A DNA stretch of 64,000 nt from Patescibacteria group bacterium. Its GTDB lineage: Bacteria; Patescibacteriota; Microgenomatia; UBA8517. Shown piece after piece: positions 8,857-19,224 of this stretch (the stretch's first letter is position 1; each line of letters opens with the position of its first letter). A program made the position numbers and the translations under genes. Where the stretch lies: NCBI GenBank assembly GCA_035260845.1, contig DATFUL010000003.1, positions 75,620 through 139,619 of the forward strand, in the 5' to 3' direction. The notes under the pieces were generated by a model. The model had not been told where the DNA came from, searched no databases, and worked only from the letters and a program-made list of their open reading frames with translations.

Positions 8857-9527
8857 AAATAAATGATATCTCCAGCTAAAAGGTCAGGATATATTTTTCT
8901 CAAAGATGGTAAAACTCCGGAATTGGTTTTCAGTTCAATTTTGAAACCGTTTTGTGCAAGCGTTTCTTTGAGAGAGGCATATGTAAAATAATGGAGTGCA
9001 CCCCCGTCCTCAGGCCCCAGGAAAGAAGATGTTTTTGGCATAAATCCAAAAAGAAGCGCTAGTCGCCTTGTAAAAAATGCATAATTGGGAACTTCAATTA
9101 CAAACCTTCCTGAAGGTTTCAGTATTCTTGCTACTTCTGAAAGTATAAAATTCAAATCATAAAAATAACTTAAAGAGGCTTCACAAAGAACAATGTCAGC
9201 AGTTTTGTCTCTTAGAGGCAATCCTTTATCAAAGTCAGAGTTCATAAATTTAACATTTTTAAATCCAAGTCTGACTGTTTTTTCTTTTGCAAATTTAATT
9301 CTATTCTTAGCTATATCAAGTCCTACAACATATTTGAATCGTTTGGCAATTGAAAAAATAGTATCACCGCTCCCGCATGCAATATCAATAAAGGTGTCCC
9401 CATTTTTAGGAAGAATCTCAGAAATCACATCTCTGCGCGACACTTCTAATCTTTTGATTAATTTTTCGAATAAATTTGGCCTAAAGTTATCAGAAAATTC
9501 TTTCTCCCATTTAGATACTTTTGCCAT
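8838..9527 (-). CDS. Class I SAM-dependent methyltransferase
   Basis: IDIACGSGDT motif I, then ILKPSGRFVIEVPN. Confidence 0.75.
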   Translation of the reverse strand: MAKVSKWEKEFSDNFRPNLFEKLIKRLEVSRRDVISEILPKNGDTFIDIACGSGDTIFSIAKRFKYVVGLDIAKNRIKFAKEKTVRLGFKNVKFMNSDFDKGLPLRDKTADIVLCEASLSYFYDLNFILSEVARILKPSGRFVIEVPNYAFFTRRLALLFGFMPKTSSFLGPEDGGALHYFTYASLKETLAQNGFKIELKTNSGVLPSLRKIYPDLLAGDIIYLCKKQK

Positions 9528-9529
9528 AT

Positions 9530-10351
9530 TTACTTCTTTTTGAGGACTAAAATGTAACCCCTAGGATAAAAGGTGAATATATTGTCCAATTCAGATACCA
9601 CTAATAGAATTGGGCTTAAAATTAAATTTAAGATAGTAAATTTATTTTTATACAAAAACTGCTGTGTTTTAACCATATATCGACTTACAAAAAAGAAGTA
9701 TTTCTTAATAGAAACAACTCTTAAGCCTGCATTCCGAGCTAGTTTTTTAAGATCTGATACCTCATAACCGCTCCTGACATGTTCATACTTAACTGGCTTA
9801 AAATTTGGATCATTTTCTTGTTCTTTAGTGAGTGCCGTCCCTTTCATTGGCACAGAAATTACAAAAATTCCTCCCTTAATTAAATTTTTTGAAAGTCTTT
9901 TAATAACTCCTGCGTCGTCGTAAATGTGCTCCAAAACCTCAAGACAGATAGCTTTATTGAATTTTCTTTTACCTAAATTAACTTTTTCTAAAGTAGAAGT
10001 TATAAAGACATCGTCTCTTCCAAGGTATTTATTAATTTTTTCAGCACTGTTGACTCTGTTTCTTCGTGCATCAATACCAACACCCTGTGTATTAAACTTA
10101 ACGCCGAATTCTTGAAGATATATGCCATTTCCACAACCGGCATCTAATACTCTATCCCCATTCTTAAGTTTCAATAACTTCTCAACAATTAAATAGCGCC
10201 TTTGGCTGGCAATATCTGGATAGCCAAATAAACTAAAATAAATTTTGGCAAAATAAGAAAAACCCGAATTTATTTTTGCGGAAAGCTTAAGGTTATTTAA
10301 TTGGTTTATTGAAAGTTTTGAATATACCTTTCCGTAGCTAAAAATATTCAT
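9530..10351 (-). CDS. Class I SAM-dependent methyltransferase
   Basis: VLDAGCGNGIYL motif I, ICLEVLEHIYDD, LIKGGIFVISVP. Confidence 0.75.
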   Translation of the reverse strand: MNIFSYGKVYSKLSINQLNNLKLSAKINSGFSYFAKIYFSLFGYPDIASQRRYLIVEKLLKLKNGDRVLDAGCGNGIYLQEFGVKFNTQGVGIDARRNRVNSAEKINKYLGRDDVFITSTLEKVNLGKRKFNKAICLEVLEHIYDDAGVIKRLSKNLIKGGIFVISVPMKGTALTKEQENDPNFKPVKYEHVRSGYEVSDLKKLARNAGLRVVSIKKYFFFVSRYMVKTQQFLYKNKFTILNLILSPILLVVSELDNIFTFYPRGYILVLKKK

Positions 10352-10402
10352 AGTTTTGTCATTAGCTTGTATGATACATCCTTTTGATCTTACAGGCTAG
10401 AT

Positions 10403-11806
10403 TTAGGATTTTTGTCTATTAGATTGAAGTTTATACAACAAAATAGCACTCGAGAAGAATACAAAAGGTAAGTAATGATTTGTAAACCTAGTAAAGTCTG
10501 CCGAAAGCCACCAACTTAATCCTCCATAACCGCCGGTTAAGGTTGGTGAAAATAAAATTATAATAAAAACTATTAAAAAATTGACTAATATAATTAGTGT
10601 GCTAAATATAGTTACGAAGTCTCGGATTTTTATAAAACTCAATATTGAGATCAAGGTAAAGATGGTAAGTACAAAGTAACCAGTTGCAATCTTTCCGATC
10701 TCTTGCCAAAAGAAAGCAAGTATTTGAACAGATTTCTGAAGCATATAGCTTAAATTATTCCAATTTTCATTAAATCCTGAAACTGCAACATTGAAGTTAT
10801 CATTAGAAATACTGTGAATATGAAGATAAATTTGCCATGGTAAATAATAAATTAATAGAATAAATATTAAAAGTGCAAAACTTTTTAATGCGTTTATTTT
10901 ATTTATAAAGAATGTGACTAGACAAAATACCAAAATAGCAGCAAGTGAATACAATACACCCTCTGTTCTTATCTGAGATACCATTCCTAAAAGGATTCCA
11001 ATAAATCCAACATTCTTCCATTGAATTTGCTGATCGACAATTAAAAGCATAAGAATTAAAGCCAAAGAATAAAATACTGAAAGAGGTAGGTCGGAATATG
11101 GTGCTCCCCAACCAATATTTATAAATGCACCAGCAACAACAAGCGATAAGGGAATATAGCTTATGAGATTTCTAATCTTTATGAACCTAAAGGATGCGGT
11201 AATCGCAAATACCCAGTAAACATAATATAGGATTATTGGAATAATTTGTGTTAATTTATCTTGAAGAATCATAAAGTCTGCAAGAAGTATTGACCAAAAC
11301 CTTGGATACTCTTCAAACGGTATCAAATCCAGGTCCTTAAATGATCCAGATTCGATTAAAACTTTCGCCTTTGGAATCCAATGTATAATTTCATCCCACC
11401 AAATGGGTGGATTATTAAATAACTGAACTGCAGCCGCCAAATACCAAATCGTGCCAAAAATAAATAGACGGAGTGTAATTTTTTTTGTATCACCATTTAA
11501 AAAAACAGTATTGGCAACAACTTCTTTGATATCTTTTTTATAAACAAGAAAAGTAATCCTATTTATTAAAACCATAAACACTACGCTTAATAAAAGAGCT
11601 ATTAAAATTAATGGCCAGCCAAAATCTAAAAATTGAAGGAGAAGGAATTCTGTGAACACAAAAATACTAAGTCCTACAAGCACTGAAAGAGAAATTAATT
11701 CGGGAATCAAGAATTGCTTAACCAACCTCTTTGCAAAAACCATTTTGGTTATAAAATAAAAAATAAAAAGTGGTGCAAGATATAAAAATATTCTTAGTAT
11801 TAACAT
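10403..11806 (-). CDS. Uncharacterised polytopic membrane protein (about 12 TM). Candidate GT-C-like transferase or polymerase.
   Basis: 467-aa ORF, hydrophobic throughout. It shares a TAATG stop/start overlap with the upstream gene. Confidence 0.5.
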   Translation of the reverse strand: MLILRIFLYLAPLFIFYFITKMVFAKRLVKQFLIPELISLSVLVGLSIFVFTEFLLLQFLDFGWPLILIALLLSVVFMVLINRITFLVYKKDIKEVVANTVFLNGDTKKITLRLFIFGTIWYLAAAVQLFNNPPIWWDEIIHWIPKAKVLIESGSFKDLDLIPFEEYPRFWSILLADFMILQDKLTQIIPIILYYVYWVFAITASFRFIKIRNLISYIPLSLVVAGAFINIGWGAPYSDLPLSVFYSLALILMLLIVDQQIQWKNVGFIGILLGMVSQIRTEGVLYSLAAILVFCLVTFFINKINALKSFALLIFILLIYYLPWQIYLHIHSISNDNFNVAVSGFNENWNNLSYMLQKSVQILAFFWQEIGKIATGYFVLTIFTLISILSFIKIRDFVTIFSTLIILVNFLIVFIIILFSPTLTGGYGGLSWWLSADFTRFTNHYLPFVFFSSAILLYKLQSNRQKS

Positions 11807-12240
11807 TATTTTTTTAGTATTATAAATGGATACAATGTTGAACTGTCTGTTGCTTCTAAAATCGATGGGGAATCTGTAATTGAGTATTCACAGTTACTAC
11901 AGTTCACTACCAGTTTTCTTCCGAGCAAAAAATACGGTGCATACCAGGCCTTGGATAAACTAACAAAATCGTCTGTTGCATTTATTTTTGCATTATACGG
12001 CGTCTTACCTTCTATGATGGAGAAATAAATTGCTGCTTCTCCAATTGATCTAGCAATTGCATCACGATATGGAGGCAGAGGGCTTCTTGTAAAATCAGAT
12101 AAATTCAACTGTAAAAGTGGCCCTATAAAATTACCTTTAACAAGAGCTAAGAAAATAAATACAACAACTATATAGTTCAAAGATTTTAAGTAGAAATTGC
12201 TTATCTTTTTATTCATGCCGATGCGTTTTCTTGAATACAC
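11806..12240 (-). CDS. Hypothetical signal-anchored protein of 144 aa
   Basis: One N-terminal TM segment then a soluble domain with a CSNC pair. No family was recognised. Confidence 0.4.
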   Translation of the reverse strand: MYSRKRIGMNKKISNFYLKSLNYIVVVFIFLALVKGNFIGPLLQLNLSDFTRSPLPPYRDAIARSIGEAAIYFSIIEGKTPYNAKINATDDFVSLSKAWYAPYFLLGRKLVVNCSNCEYSITDSPSILEATDSSTLYPFIILKK

Positions 12241-13856
12241 ATCTTTAATTTGTCGGCTTTAACTTTTGGCCAATACAACGTTTTATAGTCAGAGTCTTGA
12301 ATATAGCAATTTTTTAATATCTTAGGAAAATTAATTACTCTTCCTTCAAAGGATTTATAGTCAAGATCTCCGGCTGTTGGATTGTAAATTATTGCGGAAG
12401 GGGTATTTGTAATAATATTACTTTTGTATTCAAGTCTTTGCCAGTCTTCTACTACAAGGTTTGCGATAAAAAACCTTGTACAGGGCCTTCTTTCCGAATA
12501 AAGATATGTCGTCCCCACTCCCCAACCATATATATCTAAGATACATTCATCCTTAGTTGTTTTCGTGTCTATCTTATCCAAAATCGGAGTAACTTTGTTC
12601 TTGTCTGCCCAAATTGCTAACTTGGGAATAAATCTTATGTTCAAAATATTATTAAAATTATAATCTATAAAATACGCTTTCTTTGGAAACAGAAAGGACA
12701 AAAAAAATAAAAGCATTAATACTCTCAACCATTTTGTTTTCTTTATAGAAGCTAGTTTTTTATCTGTATAATAAAAACAAAGAGTTATAAAAATAATAAG
12801 TGGCATTACTAAAACAATGTAATAATGAGATCCTAAACTTCTTTGCATCACAAAACCTATAGATAATCCTAATACAAAAAATATCATTGGCCACACCTTT
12901 CCTTCAACTAAATTGGAATTGAAAGTACTCTTAATATATTTTTGCCCATTATTGCTAACAATCTTGAGGTTTAGTGATTTGTTGCGTAACTTAATGAATA
13001 CTGTAACAGCTAATAATATTAATATGGGTAAGAAAATTGAGTACCCTAAATAAAAAAATACATCCTTACCAAAGTCAATATGAACTAAAAAGTTTTCGGA
13101 AAGCCACGAAAGGTCAAATACATTAAAGGCAATACTTTTATAATTCAAGATTGAAATATAATCTTTTATTGATCCTAGTAAAAACAAATAAAGTATATTT
13201 ATACCGGCTGAAGATATAACACCCAAAACTGAAAAAAGAATCCCATCGTAGAAATCTTTTTTTGATTTGAGAAGTAAAAATAGAACATAAGGCAAAAGAG
13301 CTAATCCAGAAAGAAGAAACGGATCTTTTACTTGGCCAGAGAAAAAAAACAAGAAGGCACTTATAAATATAGCTTTTCTATAGTTCTTAAAATAATAAAG
13401 TGAGGCTAGACCCGCAATGGAAAACAATGAGGCTAATATTTCTGCTGGAAGAATAAAAGTCGTCAGCCTTGTTGAAAATAGGAAAAAATATATAAGGCCA
13501 GCAGAGATATTTAAATAAACTCCAGATACCACATTCCTAAGGGTATAAAACACTAAAAAGACAATCAAAATAGAGGCAACTAAATGAAGTGTCTTTATAG
13601 ACAAAGGTGAGAAACCAAAAAACTGGGACCACACGTCAAGAACAATGTAATGTCCTGGAGGAGTGATTTCCCAAAAATTTTTATACGGAACTCCAAGTCC
13701 AATCCTATGTGCCTCGGCTGGTAAAACTCTAGATACAATATCAGCACCTAATGTTGGTTCACCGGCGTAATGAAAAATATTAATTAATGCAAACAATATT
13801 CCTGCAAAAATCGTAACTAAATTAAACATTTTCAATATAAAAGATTCTTTCATCAA
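12213..13856 (-). CDS. Uncharacterised polytopic membrane protein with a C-terminal soluble domain of about 150 aa
   Basis: 547 aa, at least 10 TM, then a hydrophilic tail. This architecture resembles GT-C enzymes. Confidence 0.5.
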   Translation of the reverse strand: MMKESFILKMFNLVTIFAGILFALINIFHYAGEPTLGADIVSRVLPAEAHRIGLGVPYKNFWEITPPGHYIVLDVWSQFFGFSPLSIKTLHLVASILIVFLVFYTLRNVVSGVYLNISAGLIYFFLFSTRLTTFILPAEILASLFSIAGLASLYYFKNYRKAIFISAFLFFFSGQVKDPFLLSGLALLPYVLFLLLKSKKDFYDGILFSVLGVISSAGINILYLFLLGSIKDYISILNYKSIAFNVFDLSWLSENFLVHIDFGKDVFFYLGYSIFLPILILLAVTVFIKLRNKSLNLKIVSNNGQKYIKSTFNSNLVEGKVWPMIFFVLGLSIGFVMQRSLGSHYYIVLVMPLIIFITLCFYYTDKKLASIKKTKWLRVLMLLFFLSFLFPKKAYFIDYNFNNILNIRFIPKLAIWADKNKVTPILDKIDTKTTKDECILDIYGWGVGTTYLYSERRPCTRFFIANLVVEDWQRLEYKSNIITNTPSAIIYNPTAGDLDYKSFEGRVINFPKILKNCYIQDSDYKTLYWPKVKADKLKMCIQENASA

Positions 13857-13857
13857 A

Positions 13858-15276
13858 TTAATCTAGAATTTTAGTTATACCAAACTTAAACAACGCCTGA
13901 AAAGCCTTTTTGCCTTGAACAATGTAATCATCGGAGACAGTGGCAGTAAAAATTATAAGCAAGGGAACAATAAAACTTGATAGACGCTGCTGTGAATCTA
14001 TAATAGCTTTCCAGTTTTCTGGCCATATATAACTAAATATATAAGTCCCAAAAAATAGCAGTGCAATATTTGCTAATACAAAATATAAAAATATCCTGGC
14101 TTTTTTAATATCCTTCCTGGCAAACATACCAACAAAAAACGCAATTAAAAGATAAGGTTGCCATGTAGGGATAGTTCCTTGGATTGTAGTCGCAACTACA
14201 TCGATAAGTCTTGGTAAATTAAATACCTGGATTGAATGAATTGCATACCCTGCTTGATCGCTAATGTTTCTACCACCACCAATCATACTTGTCTCATACA
14301 ACCTCCATGGTTGCTGTATTGCAAAAAATATTCCAAATGAAATTGCAACAATAAGTAGCGTGGAAAAGAATCTCTTTTTCATTTCAGGAACTAATAAAGC
14401 AACTACGAATAACATATTTACAACCCAAAAAGGTTCAGTTTGTCTCACCCATGTACTTAAACCAACAAGAATTGAACCAATCAATAAAAATGCTTTATTC
14501 TTTTCTTTTGTATAGCGGCACAAATATAAAATTGAGGAGATTAGATAAATTAAATACGGAAAATTTGTATAATCAAAATATGATCCTGTATAAATTGACA
14601 TAAGCGAAATTAAAATTAGAGTCGTTAACATTAGTGTCAGTCTGCTTAAGAAAGGTCGAAGACAATAATAAACAATGGGTGTAAAACCGAAATACAAACC
14701 CCAATAGAAAAGGTGTGGATTACCTTTAAAAAAGTACATCCAAGTATGCGCAAGTGACGTCATGAGAGGGTAACCGAAAAAATATCCGCGGGAAATACCA
14801 TCAGCCATCCCTCCAGTTGCAACAAAAGTTATGGCACGAAAATCATATAAGACCAACGAGTCCCATCCATAAACGGGGAAAAACACTCCAACCAACAAGC
14901 TAGTTAAAAGAAGTCCAAATATAGCTGCTACAAACAATTTTGTTAATAAATCAGCTTTAATAAAGCTTGATGATAATTTTTTGAAGAAACTTATTGAATT
15001 GCCAATTTTTAAAAATTTTATGATTTGTTGAAAGGACTTTGTTAAAAAAATGGCAATACTTAAACCCAGAGCTAAACCTAAAACTTCCGCTAAAGAGTTT
15101 AAAAGAGTGAACTTAAGCCCGAAAAGATAAAAGATAAACATAAAGAAAGTCTGAAAGCCAAAACCGAGAAGAATTCCAAGTCCAATTCTTTCTATACGCC
15201 CCACATCCAATCTAAACAAAAAGGTAATCAGAATTCCAAATGTTGTTGTTATAAATAGTCCTATTAATCCATTCAT
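13858..15276 (-). CDS. Uncharacterised polytopic membrane protein
   Basis: 472 aa and hydrophobic throughout. The gap to neighbours is 1 nt. Confidence 0.5.
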   Translation of the reverse strand: MNGLIGLFITTTFGILITFLFRLDVGRIERIGLGILLGFGFQTFFMFIFYLFGLKFTLLNSLAEVLGLALGLSIAIFLTKSFQQIIKFLKIGNSISFFKKLSSSFIKADLLTKLFVAAIFGLLLTSLLVGVFFPVYGWDSLVLYDFRAITFVATGGMADGISRGYFFGYPLMTSLAHTWMYFFKGNPHLFYWGLYFGFTPIVYYCLRPFLSRLTLMLTTLILISLMSIYTGSYFDYTNFPYLIYLISSILYLCRYTKEKNKAFLLIGSILVGLSTWVRQTEPFWVVNMLFVVALLVPEMKKRFFSTLLIVAISFGIFFAIQQPWRLYETSMIGGGRNISDQAGYAIHSIQVFNLPRLIDVVATTIQGTIPTWQPYLLIAFFVGMFARKDIKKARIFLYFVLANIALLFFGTYIFSYIWPENWKAIIDSQQRLSSFIVPLLIIFTATVSDDYIVQGKKAFQALFKFGITKILD

Positions 15277-15277
15277 A

Positions 15278-16273
15278 TTATCGTTTTAAAACTATGATCC
15301 CCCAAAGATCATCATAAGTGTGATCATTTGGATCGTAGTCTTTATCTAAAATTATTGGTGGCTTAGTATAATCATTGTCGGTCATATATAATATTTTTTC
15401 AGCTTTTACAGGAAAGGTTGGCCACTTTTCTATATATTTATCCACTCTTGGCGGCCCATACGCGCGGTGAATAAAGACATATGATATTCGTGGATCATTA
15501 AGTGAATTTTCATCTCCTGCTTTAGTAAACCTGGGGTAAATAAAACTTCTAACATAACCATCATTACTTAAACCTGGCCACTTACTTTGTTGTGTCATCC
15601 TCATTATTACAGCATCTGATGGGGTGTTGTTATCAACAAACAACATATAATCATAAAAGTCGGCAAACAAATATCTACCCTTCCATACTTTGTCTGCAAA
15701 CGGATGCTTTATTACTGCTGACAATTTCGGTTTTATATCATAAAAGTCGCTACTTAAATTCATAAATATTAAATAGACAAAAAGCGAAGTAATGAGGAGT
15801 GATAAAAACACTCTCGGTAACTCATGTAATTTATACTTTCCAAAAAGTCCCTTTCTTGTTGCTGTATCAATCAAAAAAATCAATAACGAAATTGCAAATA
15901 AATAAAAAAAGTAGCTGGGATCAAAATGATATCCGTGTGTATAGACATATCCTTTGTAATGTTGTCTTTCTAAGGAGATAAATATTGCGCCTACTAGTAT
16001 TAGTGCCGGTAAAAATAATGTTGTTAACTTGGAAAGTAGCTCAAAATATTTTGTCTTTTCAATAGTGACCATATTAACAACCACCAAATATCCACTAATA
16101 ACTAATAGTGCAAAAAATATTTGAGGATCCAAAAAAAGGTGGCCATGAATAAATCCAGGATAAGTAACAGCCTCTAAAACCACAATAACTCCAGTAACAA
16201 TTGCAAAAAAAGGAAAAGCAACTGTGTTTAAATATAAAAATCGCTTGAAAAGTTTCTTTTGTGAATTATTCAT
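15278..16273 (-). CDS. Uncharacterised membrane protein with a C-terminal soluble domain of about 150 aa
   Basis: 331 aa, about 5 TM, then a hydrophilic domain. Confidence 0.5.
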   Translation of the reverse strand: MNNSQKKLFKRFLYLNTVAFPFFAIVTGVIVVLEAVTYPGFIHGHLFLDPQIFFALLVISGYLVVVNMVTIEKTKYFELLSKLTTLFLPALILVGAIFISLERQHYKGYVYTHGYHFDPSYFFYLFAISLLIFLIDTATRKGLFGKYKLHELPRVFLSLLITSLFVYLIFMNLSSDFYDIKPKLSAVIKHPFADKVWKGRYLFADFYDYMLFVDNNTPSDAVIMRMTQQSKWPGLSNDGYVRSFIYPRFTKAGDENSLNDPRISYVFIHRAYGPPRVDKYIEKWPTFPVKAEKILYMTDNDYTKPPIILDKDYDPNDHTYDDLWGIIVLKR

Positions 16274-16274
16274 T

Positions 16275-18059
16275 TTATTTATTTACTTTATAAATATCCC
16301 AATAGTAGTTGTCTTGTGATTCTGACAAGATTGGGTTAAAACTGTAGTCACGATTCTTAATTACCATCGATAACCAATGTGGAATATAGTTCTTAAGAAA
16401 TTGCATTGGGGGGTAATATAATTTGTTATCAATATGTATATCAATCCTTATTGGCCCGTCAAGTTTTCCCTTTTTAAAACCTTGATCATTTGAAACCTGC
16501 TTAAACTCACCAGCCCTTAAAAGAACGTCTCCAATTTTTAAGTTATTTACGTTATCGAAGTAAATAACTTTTATGTCGGGTCGATTAAAAAATAGCCTTA
16601 GGTGCAACCCTATTTCCTGTTTTAATTCAAGAGCGGTTCCTGGTGGCGTATCCAAAACAACAGTTCCGTTTTCCTTAACATTGTTTGCAAGATTTGATAT
16701 TAGAGGTTTGTTAAAATTGTTTGTAAGTCCATAGATTCTAGTTATATATTGACCCATCATTAGTAAGTTATAGCTAGTAACTATAAATACCAAAAACCAA
16801 ATTAACTTAACTAAAAAAGTACCATATCCATTAAGACCAAATTTGCGAAGAAATTTATCTTTACTTATTTGATTTAAACCATTAATTGTATTTGATAAGA
16901 GAATACCTAGACAAATACTAAAAAAGTATATGCCGGGAAACAAATATCTGGGTATTTCAAATTCCCACGGAAGTTGAACCATAAAAAAAGACAGAAATAC
17001 CATCCCGAAAATTAAAACAAAATAATCTAAATAAGTTATTTTCCTATTGTTGTAAAGGCCAATCAATTTGAAAATTAAATATATTCCAGTTGTTATTAGG
17101 AGTGGCTCAAACGTAATCCATATGGAAGTTGCATAACCTGTAAAGTTACTTTTTATATTTTGGAAAGTTAATATATAATCGGAAGCATAACTTCCAGATC
17201 TATAATTCATACTTGCACCATATCTAGCTAGCATCAAAAGGGCAAGGTTCCAAATCATATAAAAAAAGACTGGCCCCTTGAGTTTTTTGGAATGATCTAC
17301 AACGGCTGACCATATATAAATCATTACAGGGAATATCACAAAAGCGAGTGAGTTTTCTTTCATAAAATATGCTGGGAAAAGCATGGCGATAGACATGAAA
17401 AAGTAAGCCTTGGCTAATTTATTATTAAATCTAAATATATTTTTAAGATCATTTCTTGAAGGGATAAGTGAAAGTAAATAATAAATTGGTCTTTTAAATA
17501 AATCCTTTAAATTGATACTGTATTTTTGCAATGATTTTTCACTAACGATATAAAAAACCATAAATAAAACAGATAAGGCAAGGAAGAATATGAGAGGTGC
17601 TTCTTGAGGACCAAGTCGATACCAATTTTCCTGATTTAAAGTATTGGCAACAAACAAAATTCCAGCTAAAAATCCGGCCACTTTACTACCAGAAATTTTG
17701 AGTGCGGTTAGATAGCATGCAATAACAATTACCAAGATCAATAAAAATTGAATTAAGCCATGACCAAAATGACTGATTCCAAATTGTGTATAAACCAACC
17801 AGTGATAAAACCAATACGCAGGCCTAAATCTGCCAACTTGAGGATCTGTTAACCATTGGAGTATATGCCCCTTAAATAAAATACCTATCGTCGAAGACAT
17901 TCTTTGAGATACCTCAATCATTTCTCCATCGTCAACAAATGACCAATAAGTTGATGGAGCAAAGCCGCCAATACAAATCGTTGTAATGACGAGTAAGGTT
18001 AAACCAATATTATTTTGGACCTTATTCAATGTTTCTTTTAAAAGTTTCATTAGAGTCAA
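16275..18059 (-). CDS. Uncharacterised polytopic membrane protein of 594 aa with a C-terminal soluble domain. Possible GT-C.
   Basis: N-terminal TM, then an acidic loop (SFVDDGEMIEVSQRM), many further TM segments, and a C-terminal tail of about 170 aa. Confidence 0.5.
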   Translation of the reverse strand: MTLMKLLKETLNKVQNNIGLTLLVITTICIGGFAPSTYWSFVDDGEMIEVSQRMSSTIGILFKGHILQWLTDPQVGRFRPAYWFYHWLVYTQFGISHFGHGLIQFLLILVIVIACYLTALKISGSKVAGFLAGILFVANTLNQENWYRLGPQEAPLIFFLALSVLFMVFYIVSEKSLQKYSINLKDLFKRPIYYLLSLIPSRNDLKNIFRFNNKLAKAYFFMSIAMLFPAYFMKENSLAFVIFPVMIYIWSAVVDHSKKLKGPVFFYMIWNLALLMLARYGASMNYRSGSYASDYILTFQNIKSNFTGYATSIWITFEPLLITTGIYLIFKLIGLYNNRKITYLDYFVLIFGMVFLSFFMVQLPWEFEIPRYLFPGIYFFSICLGILLSNTINGLNQISKDKFLRKFGLNGYGTFLVKLIWFLVFIVTSYNLLMMGQYITRIYGLTNNFNKPLISNLANNVKENGTVVLDTPPGTALELKQEIGLHLRLFFNRPDIKVIYFDNVNNLKIGDVLLRAGEFKQVSNDQGFKKGKLDGPIRIDIHIDNKLYYPPMQFLKNYIPHWLSMVIKNRDYSFNPILSESQDNYYWDIYKVNK

Positions 18060-18105
18060 AGCAGATACAAGACATCAGATATTTTTCATATATAATATCG
18101 ATATC

Positions 18106-19224
18106 ATGAGAAAAAATATTTTCCAGCAATTCTATCACAAAAAGCTTCACAGCATTCATGAATCTTTTAAAAAAACGAAAGATGGGTATTATAAAAAAAT
18201 TATACCTGATGAGACAGTTGGGGGCGTAAAAGACCTACAAGCTTATCTTGAAAATCTGAGGAATTCAATCAAATCAAAATCGCTTATTTTACTAACATAT
18301 CATAACCATCTTTGGGAGCCAGTTCTAAGTATTGCTTCATATTTTGGACTCAGGAAAGAGGTCAAGATTCAAAATTGGCTTGAAGAGGAAGATATAAAAA
18401 ATATATTACAACTTTCTGGATTTGAGATTACAGAAAAACCGAAAAGTTATTTGCTTTCTTTAATTACTAGTGTTATCGCCAGGCCAAATCAAAAATTTAA
18501 GCCGCCTAGTCGTAAATACAGTGTCACTATTGTTGTGCCTGCCAGAAATGAGGCGGGCAATATTCCCAAAATTGTTCCGGCCATTCCTAAATTTGGAAAG
18601 TGGCAGGAAATAATTTTTGTGGAAGGAAATTCAACTGACAATACTTGGATAAAAATAAAAAACCAGATCAAGGGTCAGAAAAAAAATATTGCTTTAAAAC
18701 AAAGTGGAGTTGGAAAGTCCGATGCGGTGAAATTGGGATTTGACAATGCAAAAGGAGATATTCTAATGATTTATGACGCAGATATGACAGTTGCAGCATC
18801 TGATCTAAAGAAATTTTACACTGCTTTGGCACAGAACCCCAGAACCTTTGCAAACGGAAGTCGTATGGTTTATCCAATGGAAGAAGACGCAATGAGGACG
18901 CTAAACAAAATTGGAAATAAAATATTTAGTTTACTTTTTAGTTGGATCTTAAATACAAAATTCAAAGATACTTTATGTGGAACTAAGGCAATATTTAAAA
19001 AGGATTATCTTAAATACAAAGATGACTATATAAATTATTTAAAGGTTGATCCTTTTGGCGATTTTGCATTAATATTCACAGCTATAAAAAATAAACTTAG
19101 AGTTGTTGAAATACCAATACGGTATAAAGAAAGAGTTTATGGAACAACCAATATCAAACGATTCAAACACGGATTAATACTTCTAAAGATGTCGCTTACA
19201 GCATTCCTTGAGTTTAAGCTTTAG
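18106..19224 (+). CDS. GT2 polyprenol-phosphate sugar synthase-like glycosyltransferase with an N-terminal extension of about 150 aa. The ATG at 18106 is preferred over the overlapping longer ORF.
   Basis: YSVTIVVPARNEAGNI, FVEGNSTDNT, YDADMT. The longest ORF starts inside the convergent upstream gene; the ATG at 18106 removes that overlap. Confidence 0.7.
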   Translation: MRKNIFQQFYHKKLHSIHESFKKTKDGYYKKIIPDETVGGVKDLQAYLENLRNSIKSKSLILLTYHNHLWEPVLSIASYFGLRKEVKIQNWLEEEDIKNILQLSGFEITEKPKSYLLSLITSVIARPNQKFKPPSRKYSVTIVVPARNEAGNIPKIVPAIPKFGKWQEIIFVEGNSTDNTWIKIKNQIKGQKKNIALKQSGVGKSDAVKLGFDNAKGDILMIYDADMTVAASDLKKFYTALAQNPRTFANGSRMVYPMEEDAMRTLNKIGNKIFSLLFSWILNTKFKDTLCGTKAIFKKDYLKYKDDYINYLKVDPFGDFALIFTAIKNKLRVVEIPIRYKERVYGTTNIKRFKHGLILLKMSLTAFLEFKL

